From Octopus sinensis (taxonomy: Eukaryota), in the NCBI RefSeq assembly GCF_006345805.1, contig NW_021833084.1:1-58503 (forward strand): 58,503 nucleotides of DNA, given 5' to 3'. Below, in pieces: positions 13,879-25,250 of this stretch (positions are counted from its first letter, which is position 1; each line of letters begins with the position of its first letter). The notes under the pieces are model-generated. The model did no database searches and had not been told where the DNA came from. It was given only the letters and a program-made list of their open reading frames with translations. The position numbers were made by a program, and so were the translations under genes.

Positions 13879-13938
13879 ATGTGTATGATTGCCAAAATGC
13901 TGTCTATAAATAAATGCGAGAATAAAGTTCTTTATGTT

Positions 13939-14035
13939 CATAGGAGATTCGAATTAAGGCAACGGTGCTTCATCAAAGTAAGAAACCAGAGTATACTCTG
14001 ATGAAGCTCCGTTGCCTTAATTCGAATGCCCTATG
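13939..14035. repeat. Inverted repeat, 42-bp arms (38/42 identical), 13-nt spacer
   Basis: cataggagattcgaattaaggcaacggtgcttcatcaaagta versus rc of 13994-14035 = catagggcattcgaattaaggcaacggagcttcatcagagta. Confidence 0.92.
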
Positions 14036-14261
14036 ATAGTATTTTAGTAACCGATCAGAAGCGGCCATAAGATATGTTGCGTCACCTATTTTGTTATGTC
14101 ATGCATTGTATTAAAAATTAGTTACAAATGTGGTTCACTCGATGTGTTTGTTAATGTGTGGTTTTCTCCATTTGCTAATTAGTTGCATTGGTTCCTGATA
14201 AACTGTTGTTTATCCTGTTGTTACCTGCACACCAATGCCGGGGATAATACAGGTAACTGAT

Positions 14262-14304
<43 letters not shown>

Positions 14305-14538
14305 TCTGTCTATGTTCCTGTGTCGTTGTGCCTGTGTTAGTCCACCACCACCGCTTGACAATCAGCGTTGGTATGTTTATGTCTCCGTAACTTAGCTGTT
14401 CGGCAAAAGCCACCGGTAGAATAAGCACTAGTCTTTACTAAAGAATGATATGTACAGAGATCAATTCATTCGACTAAAATCTTTTATGCATTGACCCAGC
14501 ATGGCTGCAGTCTAATGACTAAAACAAGTAAAAAGATA
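14305..14538 (+). mobile_element. SINE family A, 3' half
   Basis: ccgcttgacaatcagcgttggtatgtttatgtctccgtaacttagc..gatagaataag..cagcatggctgcagtctaatgactaaaacaagtaaaaag. Confidence 0.8.
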
Positions 14539-14739
14539 TGAGCTTACTGCATATAGTTAGTCACGATCATTCTGCTGTTTCACTCATACACAGGCTTCCA
14601 TACGCATACATAGAAATATGTAGACGAATATGAATCATTACGGACACACACACAGATATAACCTAATACGCCTATCCTCTCTCATATATATTTCTCTCTC
14701 TTTCATTCTCTCTCTCTCTCTCATATATATATGTGTATG

Positions 14740-14790
<51 letters not shown>

Positions 14791-15906
14791 TAATAATAAT
14801 AAATGTATATGTATATTAAGACATAATATTTATCTATCATAGACATTTCAAATCTAAGAATTCAGTGTTTGGTTGGCCTTCCATTCCCAAGACACCGTCT
14901 GTTGCTAAAAATTAATAAGAATTGAAGAGTCAGGAACCGGTTCAGTTCTCTAGAGTTTCGTAACTGAACTTTTATTGGGAATAAATGATGCCAACTACTG
15001 GCATCATATTTCTTCACTCCATCTCCACCACCACCTCCGCATCTTCTTCATCCTCATCTTGCTCCTTTCTTTTCTTTCTTCTTTATTAGTTAAGGGATGC
15101 AGTTTGGCACGGTTGGTAGTACATCGGACTAAATGCTTTACGGGTTTTAATAACGGTACGTTCTGCTACGATGAGTGTTCAAAATCCACTACATCCCGCT
15201 GAAAAAGGTAAAATTACGTACCAGTCATGAACTGGGGTCAATTTAATCGACTGACCCCTTTCTCTAGATTTATGCCCATAAAGTCTATTTGAAATGAGTT
15301 TTAATCATAGGGCTCACGCGCACACACATATACACACAGCACACACACACACACACATATATATACGAATATACATACAAATGTGCGCGGACATTTACGC
15401 AAACAACATCAGCAGCACAACTACCAACACGACCAATTATAGCATCAGCAACAATACAAGCCGCTACAGCAGTAGCAGCAGCAGCAGCAACAGCGATTCT
15501 GATAACATTAATTCCAGTAATGACAATATCAAGAGGTATTACATTAACAACTTTAACACCAGCAACAACAACAACAACAAAAACAACAATAACTATCATT
15601 ATTTAGGAAGATCTATTGACTGAATTGATGTGGACTTTTCACGTTCGATATCTGGGTTATCAAGGAATAAATACGGTCTCTTTGAAGTTAATGAATTGCA
15701 CATGCATAATTAATTAATTCTTTTCAAAGATACCATTAGCAACACCATCATATTTCTCAACATCGACATCACTGTCATCATCGTCATCATCTATTAGAAT
15801 TATCAGCGCACCTTTCTTCTCCCACTAATGTATGAATGTGTGAGCTTGTATATGTGTGTGAGCGCGCGCGCGCGCGCGCGTGTGTGTATGTATGTATGTA
15901 TGTATG

Positions 15907-15940
<34 letters not shown>

Positions 15941-16027
15941 TGTATGTGCGTCCGTGCAAGGAGGCTAACATGGACCACTCTCACATTATTTTTCCATGAA
16001 ATCTTTTAATACTAAATTATTATCTTA

Positions 16028-16067
<40 letters not shown>

Positions 16068-17036
16068 GCGTTCCATCAGTTTAATCACATATATTATCTT
16101 AAGTAATAGGCAGTTGTTCATTGTTGCTTAACTAATGTCAGTCCCATTGAGCGGTCTTAACTCAGTTTTAGATTTTTAAATGAACCACTTCCGACATTGT
16201 TTAAAATGCGATACACATGAGTGTTAGTGAGTGAGTGAGTGTGTGTGTGTGTGTGTGTGCGTGTGTGTGTGTGTGCGTGTGTGTGTGCGTGTGTGTGTGA
16301 GTGTGTGCAGTGATAGCCTGAAATATATTCAAATATATTGTTTTATCTGCTCTTATCAAGCATTCGACAATATGGCGGTTTATCACTAAAATACTTGAAG
16401 GCGGTTATTTTATTGTCCCCTTTTTATCGTTTTCTAAGAGAATAGCGACAAATAATGGAGTTAAATTTATTCCAGACGCATGCTTGTTTATTATGATACA
16501 CGATAGTAAAGAAATCAGAGCAAATAGTTTATATTTGAAATCGAAACAAAAGTAACGTTACTTTCATAATTACTTGAATAATCCTCAGGGCATTGTAGTA
16601 TATCTTCCTGGTTCATTATCCTTGTGGTAGTGTTAAAAGTCATCATCGTTATTACGGATGGAAAAGGTTTGTGATAGAGATGTTTTAACATATAATTTCA
16701 TCTCTTACAGTTCGAAGTTCAAATCCTACCACAAATGACTAGGGTCAATTTACTTGGCTGAATCTCACCCTGCAGTTTTAATGGAGATAATGCATAGTGT
16801 TGTTGTTGTTACTAGGACAGAAGGCTAAGAAAATAGGCCTAAGAAACGTACCCCGTGGTATTTAATTACTACTCTTTGTACTCTGCATCCCACCCACTTC
16901 ACATGTGAACTCAAAACTAAGCACTTTTTTGTGGGCTTACGTGGCATTGAAGACTTTTAACAGCCAAATAAGGAATATGACTTAACACCCTTATTTCGAA
17001 ATTGCATTGCATTGACTAATACTGACTCACTCAACA

Positions 17037-17122
<86 letters not shown>

Positions 17123-17457
17123 ATTTGTATGTGTATACACTCACAGACACGCGCAAACATACTCGTAATATATATTGTGTGTGTTACAAACACACTAATA
17201 TACTTACTAATTACTTTTTACTCATTTCTAAATTTAACCGATTAGTCTCATTAAGTCATAGGTTTTCTATAACTTATAACGCTTCCTTACTAATTCTTAG
17301 ATTAATTGTTCATTTTGTTGTGCTGGAATCGGGTTGGTGGGGGTTGGTTTAAATTGTCGAAAGAATATTATCATTTCAACAGAGATATTTTTATTCTTTT
17401 TTGCACTGGTTCCATTCATTTTACCGTAACCGTATTTTAATCCTATTTCTACATTTA

Positions 17458-17666
17458 AGGCGGCGAACTGGTAGAATCGTTGGCATACCGAGCAGATTGG
17501 TTAACGACATTTCGTCCGTCATTACGTTCTGAGTTCGAATGCCGCCGTTGTCAACTTTGCTTTCATCCTTTCGGGGTCGATAAAGTAAGCACCAGCTTTA
17601 CTGGGGCCCATGTTATCGACTTACTCCTTCCTGCAAAATTACTGTCCTTGTGCAAAATCAGAAACC
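17458..17666 (+). mobile_element. tRNA-derived SINE family C
   Basis: Starts aggcggcgaactggtagaatcgtt (Pol III A-box-like), has gagttcgaatgcc (B-box-like), then gactttgctttcatcctttcggggtcgataaa. Confidence 0.85.
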
Positions 17667-17758
17667 AATCTTATATCTACATTTGCATACCCTTAGTTTT
17701 ATGTTTAATCCAGTCTTGTTTTTCTTCTTTTTCCTTTACTTATTCTAACAATAGTAAT

Positions 17759-17969
17759 GATTTCAAATTTTGGCACAACACCAGAAACTTCAAGGAATGG
17801 GGTAAGTCAATTACACTCATCTCAGAGCTCAACGGGTACTTATTTTATCGACCCCGAAGGATGAAAATCAAAGTCAACCTCTGCGAAATTTGAACTCAGA
17901 AAGTAAAGATAGACGAAATACCGCTAAGGATTTTATTCGGTGTGCTAACGATTCTACCAACTCGCTACC

Positions 17970-17970
<1 letters not shown>
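17759..17970 (-). mobile_element. tRNA-derived SINE family C
   Basis: rc begins aggtagcgagttggtagaatcgttagc and contains tgagttcaaatttc. Confidence 0.85.
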
Positions 17971-18033
<63 letters not shown>

Positions 18034-18055
18034 TAATAATGATAATAATAATAAA

Positions 18056-18269
18056 TCCTTTCTACGAAAGGCACAGGGCCTGAGATTTGTAGGGAGGGGA
18101 CTAATCTATTACATAGACTCTAGTGTTCAACTGATGCTTATTTTATTAATCCCGAAATGATGAAAGACAAAGTCGACCTCGGCGGAATTTGAACCCAGAA
18201 CGTAAATACAGATGAAATGCTGTTAAGCATTGTGCCCATCGTGTTAATGGTCCTGCCAGCTCGCCGCCT
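18056..18269 (-). mobile_element. tRNA-derived SINE family C
   Basis: rc begins aaggcggcgagctggcagga and contains gggttcaaattccgccgaggtcgac. Confidence 0.85.
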
Positions 18270-18272
18270 TAT

Positions 18273-18487
18273 TGGTTTCAAACTTTGGCACAAGGCCCGG
18301 AGATTCGGTGGAGGTCGGATAGGTAATTTTATTACCTCGACCACAGAACCGATGTAATCTATTTTTATAGTCACCGACAAGACGAAAGGCAAAGTTGACC
18401 TCGGCGGAATTTGAACCCAGAACGTAAAGACGGACGAAGTGCCACTAAGCATTTTATCGGGCGTGCTAACGATTCTGCCAGCTTGCT
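18273..18487 (-). mobile_element. tRNA-derived SINE family C
   Basis: rc begins gcaagctggcagaatcgttagcacgccc and contains gggttcaaattccgccgaggtcaac. Confidence 0.85.
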
Positions 18488-18501
18488 GCAGCAGCAGCAG
18501 T

Positions 18502-18555
<54 letters not shown>

Positions 18556-18556
<1 letters not shown>

Positions 18557-18720
18557 ATCCCTTCTACTATAGGCACAAGGCCTGGAACTTGATGGAGGGA
18601 GCAAGTCAATTAGATCGACCCCAGTATGCAATTGGTACTTAATTTATCGACCCCGAAAGGATGAAAGGCAAAGTCGACCTCGGCGGAATTTTAACTCAGA
18701 ACGTAGCGGAAGACGAAATA
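18556..18720 (-). mobile_element. SINE family C, 5'-truncated
   Basis: Body matches family C but the head is replaced at about 18720 by the 3' end of the next copy. Confidence 0.8.
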
Positions 18721-18927
18721 CCTATTTCTTTACTACCCACAAGGGGCTAAACACAGAGAGGACAAGCAAAGACAGACAAACGGATTAAGTCGATTATATC
18801 CAAGTGCGTAACTGGTACTTAATTCATCGACCCCGAAAGGATGAAATTTGAACTCAGAATGTAACGGCAGACGAAATATAGCTACGCATTTCGCCCGGCG
18901 TGCTAACGTTTCTGCCAGCTCGTCGCA
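18721..18927 (-). mobile_element. SINE family C, subfamily with a different 3' tail
   Basis: Same tRNA-like head (rc gcgacgagctggcagaaacgttagc), but the tail is cctatttctttactacccacaaggggctaaacacagagagg. Confidence 0.8.
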
Positions 18928-19014
18928 TTAATAATAATAATAATAACGCTACTACTACTACTACTACTGGTGATGATGATGATGATGATAATAATAATAA
19001 TAATAATAATAATG

Positions 19015-19063
<49 letters not shown>

Positions 19064-19065
<2 letters not shown>

Positions 19066-19438
19066 GCAGTATCTGGCAGTGATTCCTCTGGCTTCTGATC
19101 TTAACTGATTGGAAGTGTTAGAAGTAGTGGGGAGAGCATCTTAGCCATGTGTTGAGAGGAGTTCTTTGGAAACCTTTGGAAACATGGGTATTTTGTTCAT
19201 CATCCCTAAACAACCTTTATTCAGGGGCCATTTGAGCGAGATGAGCTAACTCGACCTGAAGAAAATTCTAACTGGGCCCCACCTGCAAAGTCATGCGCTG
19301 TTTATATTGATATATGATCACTATGTCGCGTACATATGGTTGTGAATCATGTGCCCGGTGTACCCTTATCAGACAGGTAGTCATGATGGGCATACTGGCC
19401 TTAGTATTACTTTGAATGCATGCACTGCTCCCTCACTC
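19064..19438 (+). mobile_element. 3'-terminal fragment of a non-LTR element embedded in (AAT)n, probably Dong/R4-like
   Basis: About 375 bp of complex sequence ending ..gcatgcactgctccctcactc|aataataat, with long pure (AAT)n on both sides. The family assignment rests on target preference and recall only. Confidence 0.55.
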
Positions 19439-19512
<74 letters not shown>

Positions 19513-20476
19513 CAACAACAGCAACAGCAATAAGGGGATAAGCGGGTACACCGCTATATAGTTTTGAAAGAGTCAAATGTATAGCCTGGTAATTATTTTA
19601 CCGATGACGTGGGAATAGAAAGGCAACATCATCGTTTTGACCTGAACATACACTTGCTGGTAGAACTGGCAAATGTGGAATAAATATATACAAAATTTGT
19701 TTTCTTACGTCCCAAGTTCAATTCCTGCAATTGACCAATACGTGCTAATAATGGAACTTCTATATGGCCACGTGACCTGTTAGATATAACAGCCGTTATC
19801 CCCATTAAATCGCGCTCTTAATATTAAAAATGGAAATGTATTGTATATTGCTTATGTATTTCTATATACATTGCTTGCAATAAAATGGCGCTGTCGTGAG
19901 TGGAACGCCTTTTATTATAGATTTACTTCAGTATGATACCCAGTTCCACTGGGGCCGAAGAAAACGGGAGAGATTTGAACGCAAAATGTGGAGCTTCTGA
20001 ACCCGATATTGTTTATAGGACAATATCTGGTTTCGATACTGTATCTGAACTTCATGGCAGCTATTTTTATTTCAATAGTAGTAGTAGTAGTCGGTGGTGG
20101 TGGTGGTGGTGGTGGTGGTGGGGACCACCCGTCGTCTGCCGGTGTAATACGTTCAGTCTCGGCTAAGTGTCACATCTGGTATTCACCAAAATAGGTCAGC
20201 TTGACTTTGTACGGTGGATTGTACGATGATCGTAATCTGGGTTATAGATGGCAAAAACATTTCTTATGACGCTTTAAAGCGCGAAAATCTCTCTCTCTCT
20301 CTCTTGCTATCTCTCTCTCGCTTTCACACACACATACGATTGTTTCCCCCTCCCTTTCTTTCCGGTCCTTTGCTGTTGTAGTCGTTGTTCTTGTTTGAGA
20401 ACAGACATGAAATTTCTCTGTCAAACTGTCACACAATCGTTTACACATAACCAAACATGCATGCCTACGTGTGTGT

Positions 20477-20530
<54 letters not shown>

Positions 20531-21256
20531 ATTTCAGTGCATGTGTGTATATGTATTTCAGTGTATGTGTGTGTGTATATGCATAAACACACACACACAA
20601 AACCATATGTATATACTACTAGAAGAGGGCAACGAATTCTTCAGCTTTGAACTAAATAAAACAAAGTGAGCGTGTTCCCCAAAATTTAACGCTTCGTATA
20701 AACATCCGACAACATGTATCTGTGTGTGTGTCTCCATGTATGGCAAATGTATAGATTTTTATCAAACCCTGCATCTTTAAATTAATTAAATGCAATTAAA
20801 TACACTGGACAGTCGTAAATGACTTGCTTTTTACTTAATCTCACTGTGGACACAAAAAGAGGAACGGCAGGATTAGTTTGTTTTCAATTTTACTTTGGGT
20901 TTTCAACACCGACAAAATACTCCGTCTTAAGACAATTCAATCGGACTGGCTTATAATTAATGACTTAGTAATGACTTTAAGTTATTTGTTTATATTTAAG
21001 AAGACATTTGTTAAAAAAAAAAGACCTCATTCATCAAACAACTTAAACTTCGTTTGCATTGTTAATAAAATTTAATACATTATAGACAGAATGAATCTGT
21101 ACACACACACACACACACACGCACACACACACACACACATACACACGTATACCCCAGCTTATATATACGCACACACGCACACATTTATGCTGATATGTAG
21201 GATGGGATGCTGAAAAGTTTTTGGGTAAAGAGAAAATATGGGAGGATCAGTTAATA

Positions 21257-21639
21257 AGGCGTTGCAGTGTGGTACGAAGCTTGCTTCGCAACAACATGGG
21301 TTCCATCGCACTGCGTGGCATCTTAGGCAAGTGTCTCCTACTATAACCTCGAGCCGACCAAAGTCTTGTGAGTTGATTTGGTAGACGGAAACTGAAAGAA
21401 TCCCGTCATATACTATATATGTATATATCAATGTGTGCGTGCCTTTTTGTCTATATTAGTCCGCCATCATCAATTGACAACCGGTGTTGGTGTGTTTATA
21501 TCACCACAACTTAGCGGTTCAGCAAAAGAAACCGATAGAATAAGTACTATGTCTAGAATAAAATTTGTTCGACTAAAGCCCTTCACGGTGGTATCCTAAC
21601 ACAGCCGCAGTCTAATGAATGAAACAAGATAAAAGATAT
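21257..21639 (+). mobile_element. SINE family A, full length, decayed
   Basis: tRNA-like head (ggcgttgcagtgtggtacgaagc..gggttccatcgcactgcgtggca), ggtagacggaaactgaaag, short internal microsatellite, 3' half to aaacaagataaaag. Confidence 0.8.
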
Positions 21640-21804
21640 TCCCCCCTCAGACTCACACTCTTATTGCAGTGGTCGTTCAGTTTTCTTAAGCCCTGTAAAA
21701 GAACTTGTATGGTTGGGCTTCTAACCAGTGCTTTCGCAACACCCTTAAAGCCAGGAACTCTTCAGCACCCCCTCGTATGTTGAAGTTGTTGGTGTGTGTG
21801 CATA

Positions 21805-21843
<39 letters not shown>

Positions 21844-21941
21844 TGTGTGTGTTTGTGTGCGTATGTGTGTACTCATATATGCGTGCTACTTTAACGTGAG
21901 ATCTATTGCAGTGGTCTACGCTGTAAAGTGACCTGATCTGA

Positions 21942-22018
21942 GTTAGGATGTGTTAGGGATAAGGGTTTATGGTTAGAGTTTAGTATTAAGGTTAATGTTA
22001 GAATTAGGGTTAGGGTTA
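21942..22018 (+). repeat. Degenerate (TTAGGG)-like hexamer tract
   Basis: gttaggatgtgttagggataagggtttatggttagagtttagtattaaggttaatgttagaattagggttagggtta. Only the last 2-3 units are perfect. Confidence 0.7.
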
Positions 22019-22089
22019 CATGCAGACAGCAGGTTAAAATGGAAGTGGCCTGGTAGACTGCACGCTAAAGTCGCAACCATAACCTCAGA

Positions 22090-22760
22090 AACCTGGTGTC
22101 AGCAGCCATTGAAGTTGGTTTTTTAATAAACTGGTGGAAGGCAAAGACAATAATCTTTGACAAAACGCAGATGTGGGTGATTTTGCACTTTCATTGGGAT
22201 CCATTGAGGTAATTGCCGATATCTGTTATTTGAACGCTCGTTTTCGCTTAATCAGGTGATAATATTCGTAAAGCCATAATAAGGTCATTATCCTACAAGC
22301 CATGGACAATTTGGAAAGCCTCACAACTGTCACATGACCTAAAATCACACCTGTTTCGTGCTACAGTAGAATCTGCTCTGAATGTCTATCTCTTATAGTA
22401 ACCCAACAGCGATAACTAGATGGCATATACACTCGACTTCTGCGCAAAGCCTTTAAAGTCTCTTATATGGACCTGATATCAAAGAAAATATGTGGATTTT
22501 TACCGCCTGTCAGCCAGACAAACATACTAAAATTCGCAGGCCAGTGTTTTCATCGAACAGATCAATCTATCACTGCACCTTTTTACTATAACCCTGTAGT
22601 GACGTTCAAGTCTGATGGCCGTATGGACGTGAAGTTATGCGGGACAGAGAGCTGTGCACTGTCTCAGAACTGGCACTCGCAATGTCATCTCGCATAGCCT
22701 GGAGGGGAAACTTGCTCTCGAGTTGAGAGTCAACGTCCACGAGTAATGTGATGTAGACGA
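22090..22760 (+). mobile_element. Decayed RTE-clade LINE, ORF C-terminal region
   Basis: Piecewise translation gives LKSHLFRATVESAL, LDGIYTRLLRKAFKVS, LPPVSQ..LKFAGQC and ELALAMSSRIAWR. These follow the RTE pattern LF.ATVES.L, LDG.YTR.LR, L.FAGHC, AM.DR..WR. Confidence 0.7.
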
Positions 22761-22814
22761 AAGAAGATCCATAGCTATGAGTCCAACAAAATATTTTGTA
22801 AGTCTCACGATTAT

Positions 22815-22985
22815 AGACTGGTTTCAAATTTTGGCGCAAGGCCAGCAATTTCAAAGGAGCGGGTAACTTAATTTCAACGACCCTGATGCTCAATAGGTAC
22901 TTATTTTATCGACTCGGAAAGGATAAAATGTCGCTAACCATTTTGCCGAGCATGTTAACGATTTTGCTAACTCAACGCTTTGACA
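22815..22985 (-). mobile_element. SINE family C, decayed
   Basis: tggtttcaaattttggcgcaaggccagcaatttc..ggtacttattttatcgactcggaaaggat. Confidence 0.7.
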
Positions 22986-23664
22986 CTCGGTTATAGCTTA
23001 AAAGTTATTGACATTTTAGCACTGCGTTCTTTATTTTAAGTAACCTGACCGTGTTTCTACGAGCTTGTCATCCTTCCTATACATATGTATGTATTTATGT
23101 ACACATATGCGTAAATATTCACATACAGACAGACACACGCGAGCGCACACTTACACATATTAAGAATAGCGAAAGAAATGTTGCATCTGGTTGTTCTTGC
23201 TGTTGTTGCTGTGGTAATTGTTCTTGGTTGGAGTTGTTGTTAGGTTACAGACCGACAGTACACTCAGTATCATTATTTATCCACCCAGTTATAGACTATA
23301 GATTCACTCGCTTCTTAAAGAAACGTTTCTCCTTAGCCAAGATGGAGGCGGGCAGTGTTTTATCTTTCATCAGCTTAACGTTTCTTAATCCTAGTTTCAA
23401 CTCCCAATTTTTTAGGATCTACTGAGGCTTGTTGAGTCACTTATCACTGTTAATAATAATAATAATAATAATGATAATAATAATAATAATAATGATAATA
23501 ATAATAATAATATAACTTTTATCTTCGTGTTACCACATTAGTAATTAATCACTAAATATGAAGAGTTTGTATCAAGAAACTGGCAAGCGTCCAGAACATT
23601 TGCCATCATTTTAAACGTTGTGTAGCTTATTAATGATAACCACACCAATACAAATTCACTCTGT

Positions 23665-23699
<35 letters not shown>

Positions 23700-23959
23700 T
23701 ATGTGTGTGAGTGAGTACGTGAGAGATAGATAGATAGATAGAGAGATTGACTATGTGCTCGTGTGTGCGCGCGCTTATATATACGCATTAACATATACTG
23801 CTTGGAAATACATCTTGTCCTTTTAAACAGCAAATCTCTCCTTTTGAGACTCTTCAACTAGTCATACTTAATTCGCTTCCACGGGAAAATAGCCATGCGT
23901 TCCTCCTAGAACATCAAACTGAAACTTTATTACTTGGTAGGCTGCTATATACTCATATT

Positions 23960-24086
<127 letters not shown>

Positions 24087-24174
24087 GCATGCATTGCATG
24101 CATACATGCATGCATATATACACACGTGCATACTTACATACATGCGCATGCATGGCTGTATGGTTATGAAGCAA

Positions 24175-24338
24175 TAAAAGCAGGCATGCCGTGCGTTTTA
24201 GAAGCTTGATTTGCACTCATGTGATTTCGGGTTCAGCTTCATTGCGCACTACCTTAAGCAAGTGTCTTCTACTGTAGTTCCCGGCCGACCGATTCCTTGC
24301 AGGTGAATTTGGTGGATGGAAACTACGTAATCCCGTAA
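24175..24338 (+). mobile_element. SINE family A, 5' half only
   Basis: gggttcagcttcattgcgcactaccttaagcaagtgtcttctactgtag..gaatttggtggatggaaact. Stops where the internal microsatellite would be. Confidence 0.7.
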
Positions 24339-24614
24339 CACCCATACATATAGTGTTTTAATGAATATGAACAGACATCACAAACTGTCACTCAGTGTTT
24401 TCATCTAACCAATCACCAAACAGCAGTGAGTATGTGGAAAAAATATGATCAATACGAAACATCATGTTCAGATTACTCACAACTCTGTGATGATCACTTA
24501 GATAAAATCTGAGCAACATGTTGTGAAGGGTGTTCAGCTCCAGTAAAATACTACCTTTGAAATTCGAATGCAATTTTCTTGCTTTACAGCTATGTACTCG
24601 CATGATTGTGTGCG

Positions 24615-24645
<31 letters not shown>

Positions 24646-24868
24646 TTTGGCATCCTTTTTGTCTCGGGAGACAATGGAATTGCGCATAAAATAGTCCAGT
24701 CCGGCTTTTACATTTCATGTCCTGATACATTTCCTGCTGTGGCTGTGTAGTCCTATCCTGGACAAACACTCCCTATATATATATATTATATATATATATA
24801 ATATAATATATATATATTATATATATATACAGAAGAGAAAGAACCTGAAATTTACGAGATCCTTTATT

Positions 24869-24954
24869 AATCACTACGATCGTTTACGCATGTACAGCTC
24901 TGTATGAATAGTTGTGGTACATCATTCGGTGCGGGTGTGCTACGTCAAGTGATT
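24869..24954 (-). ncRNA. Decayed type I hammerhead-like motif in a probable Penelope-type repeat
   Basis: On - strand: aatcac UUGACGU ...gcgu AAAC GAUC GUA gtgatt. 6-bp stem I and palindromic stem III with GUA are present, but the core is degenerate and G12 is missing. Confidence 0.35.
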
Positions 24955-25174
24955 TGTCAAAAGGTACCTCTTCCTTTAATTTTCGTATTGCATATTTCAA
25001 AATTTATCCAAATTTAAAGCTACTACTTATATCTGTATTGTAGTCCAAGATTTATATGATGTAGCTGTATTGAATGGATAAGTTACCTTTTGATACCAAG
25101 TGATGTAGCTTGACATGAGGTTTTATACCAGTATACACCTTCCCATACGCATTTATTTATACACATGTACGCAT

Positions 25175-25250
<76 letters not shown>

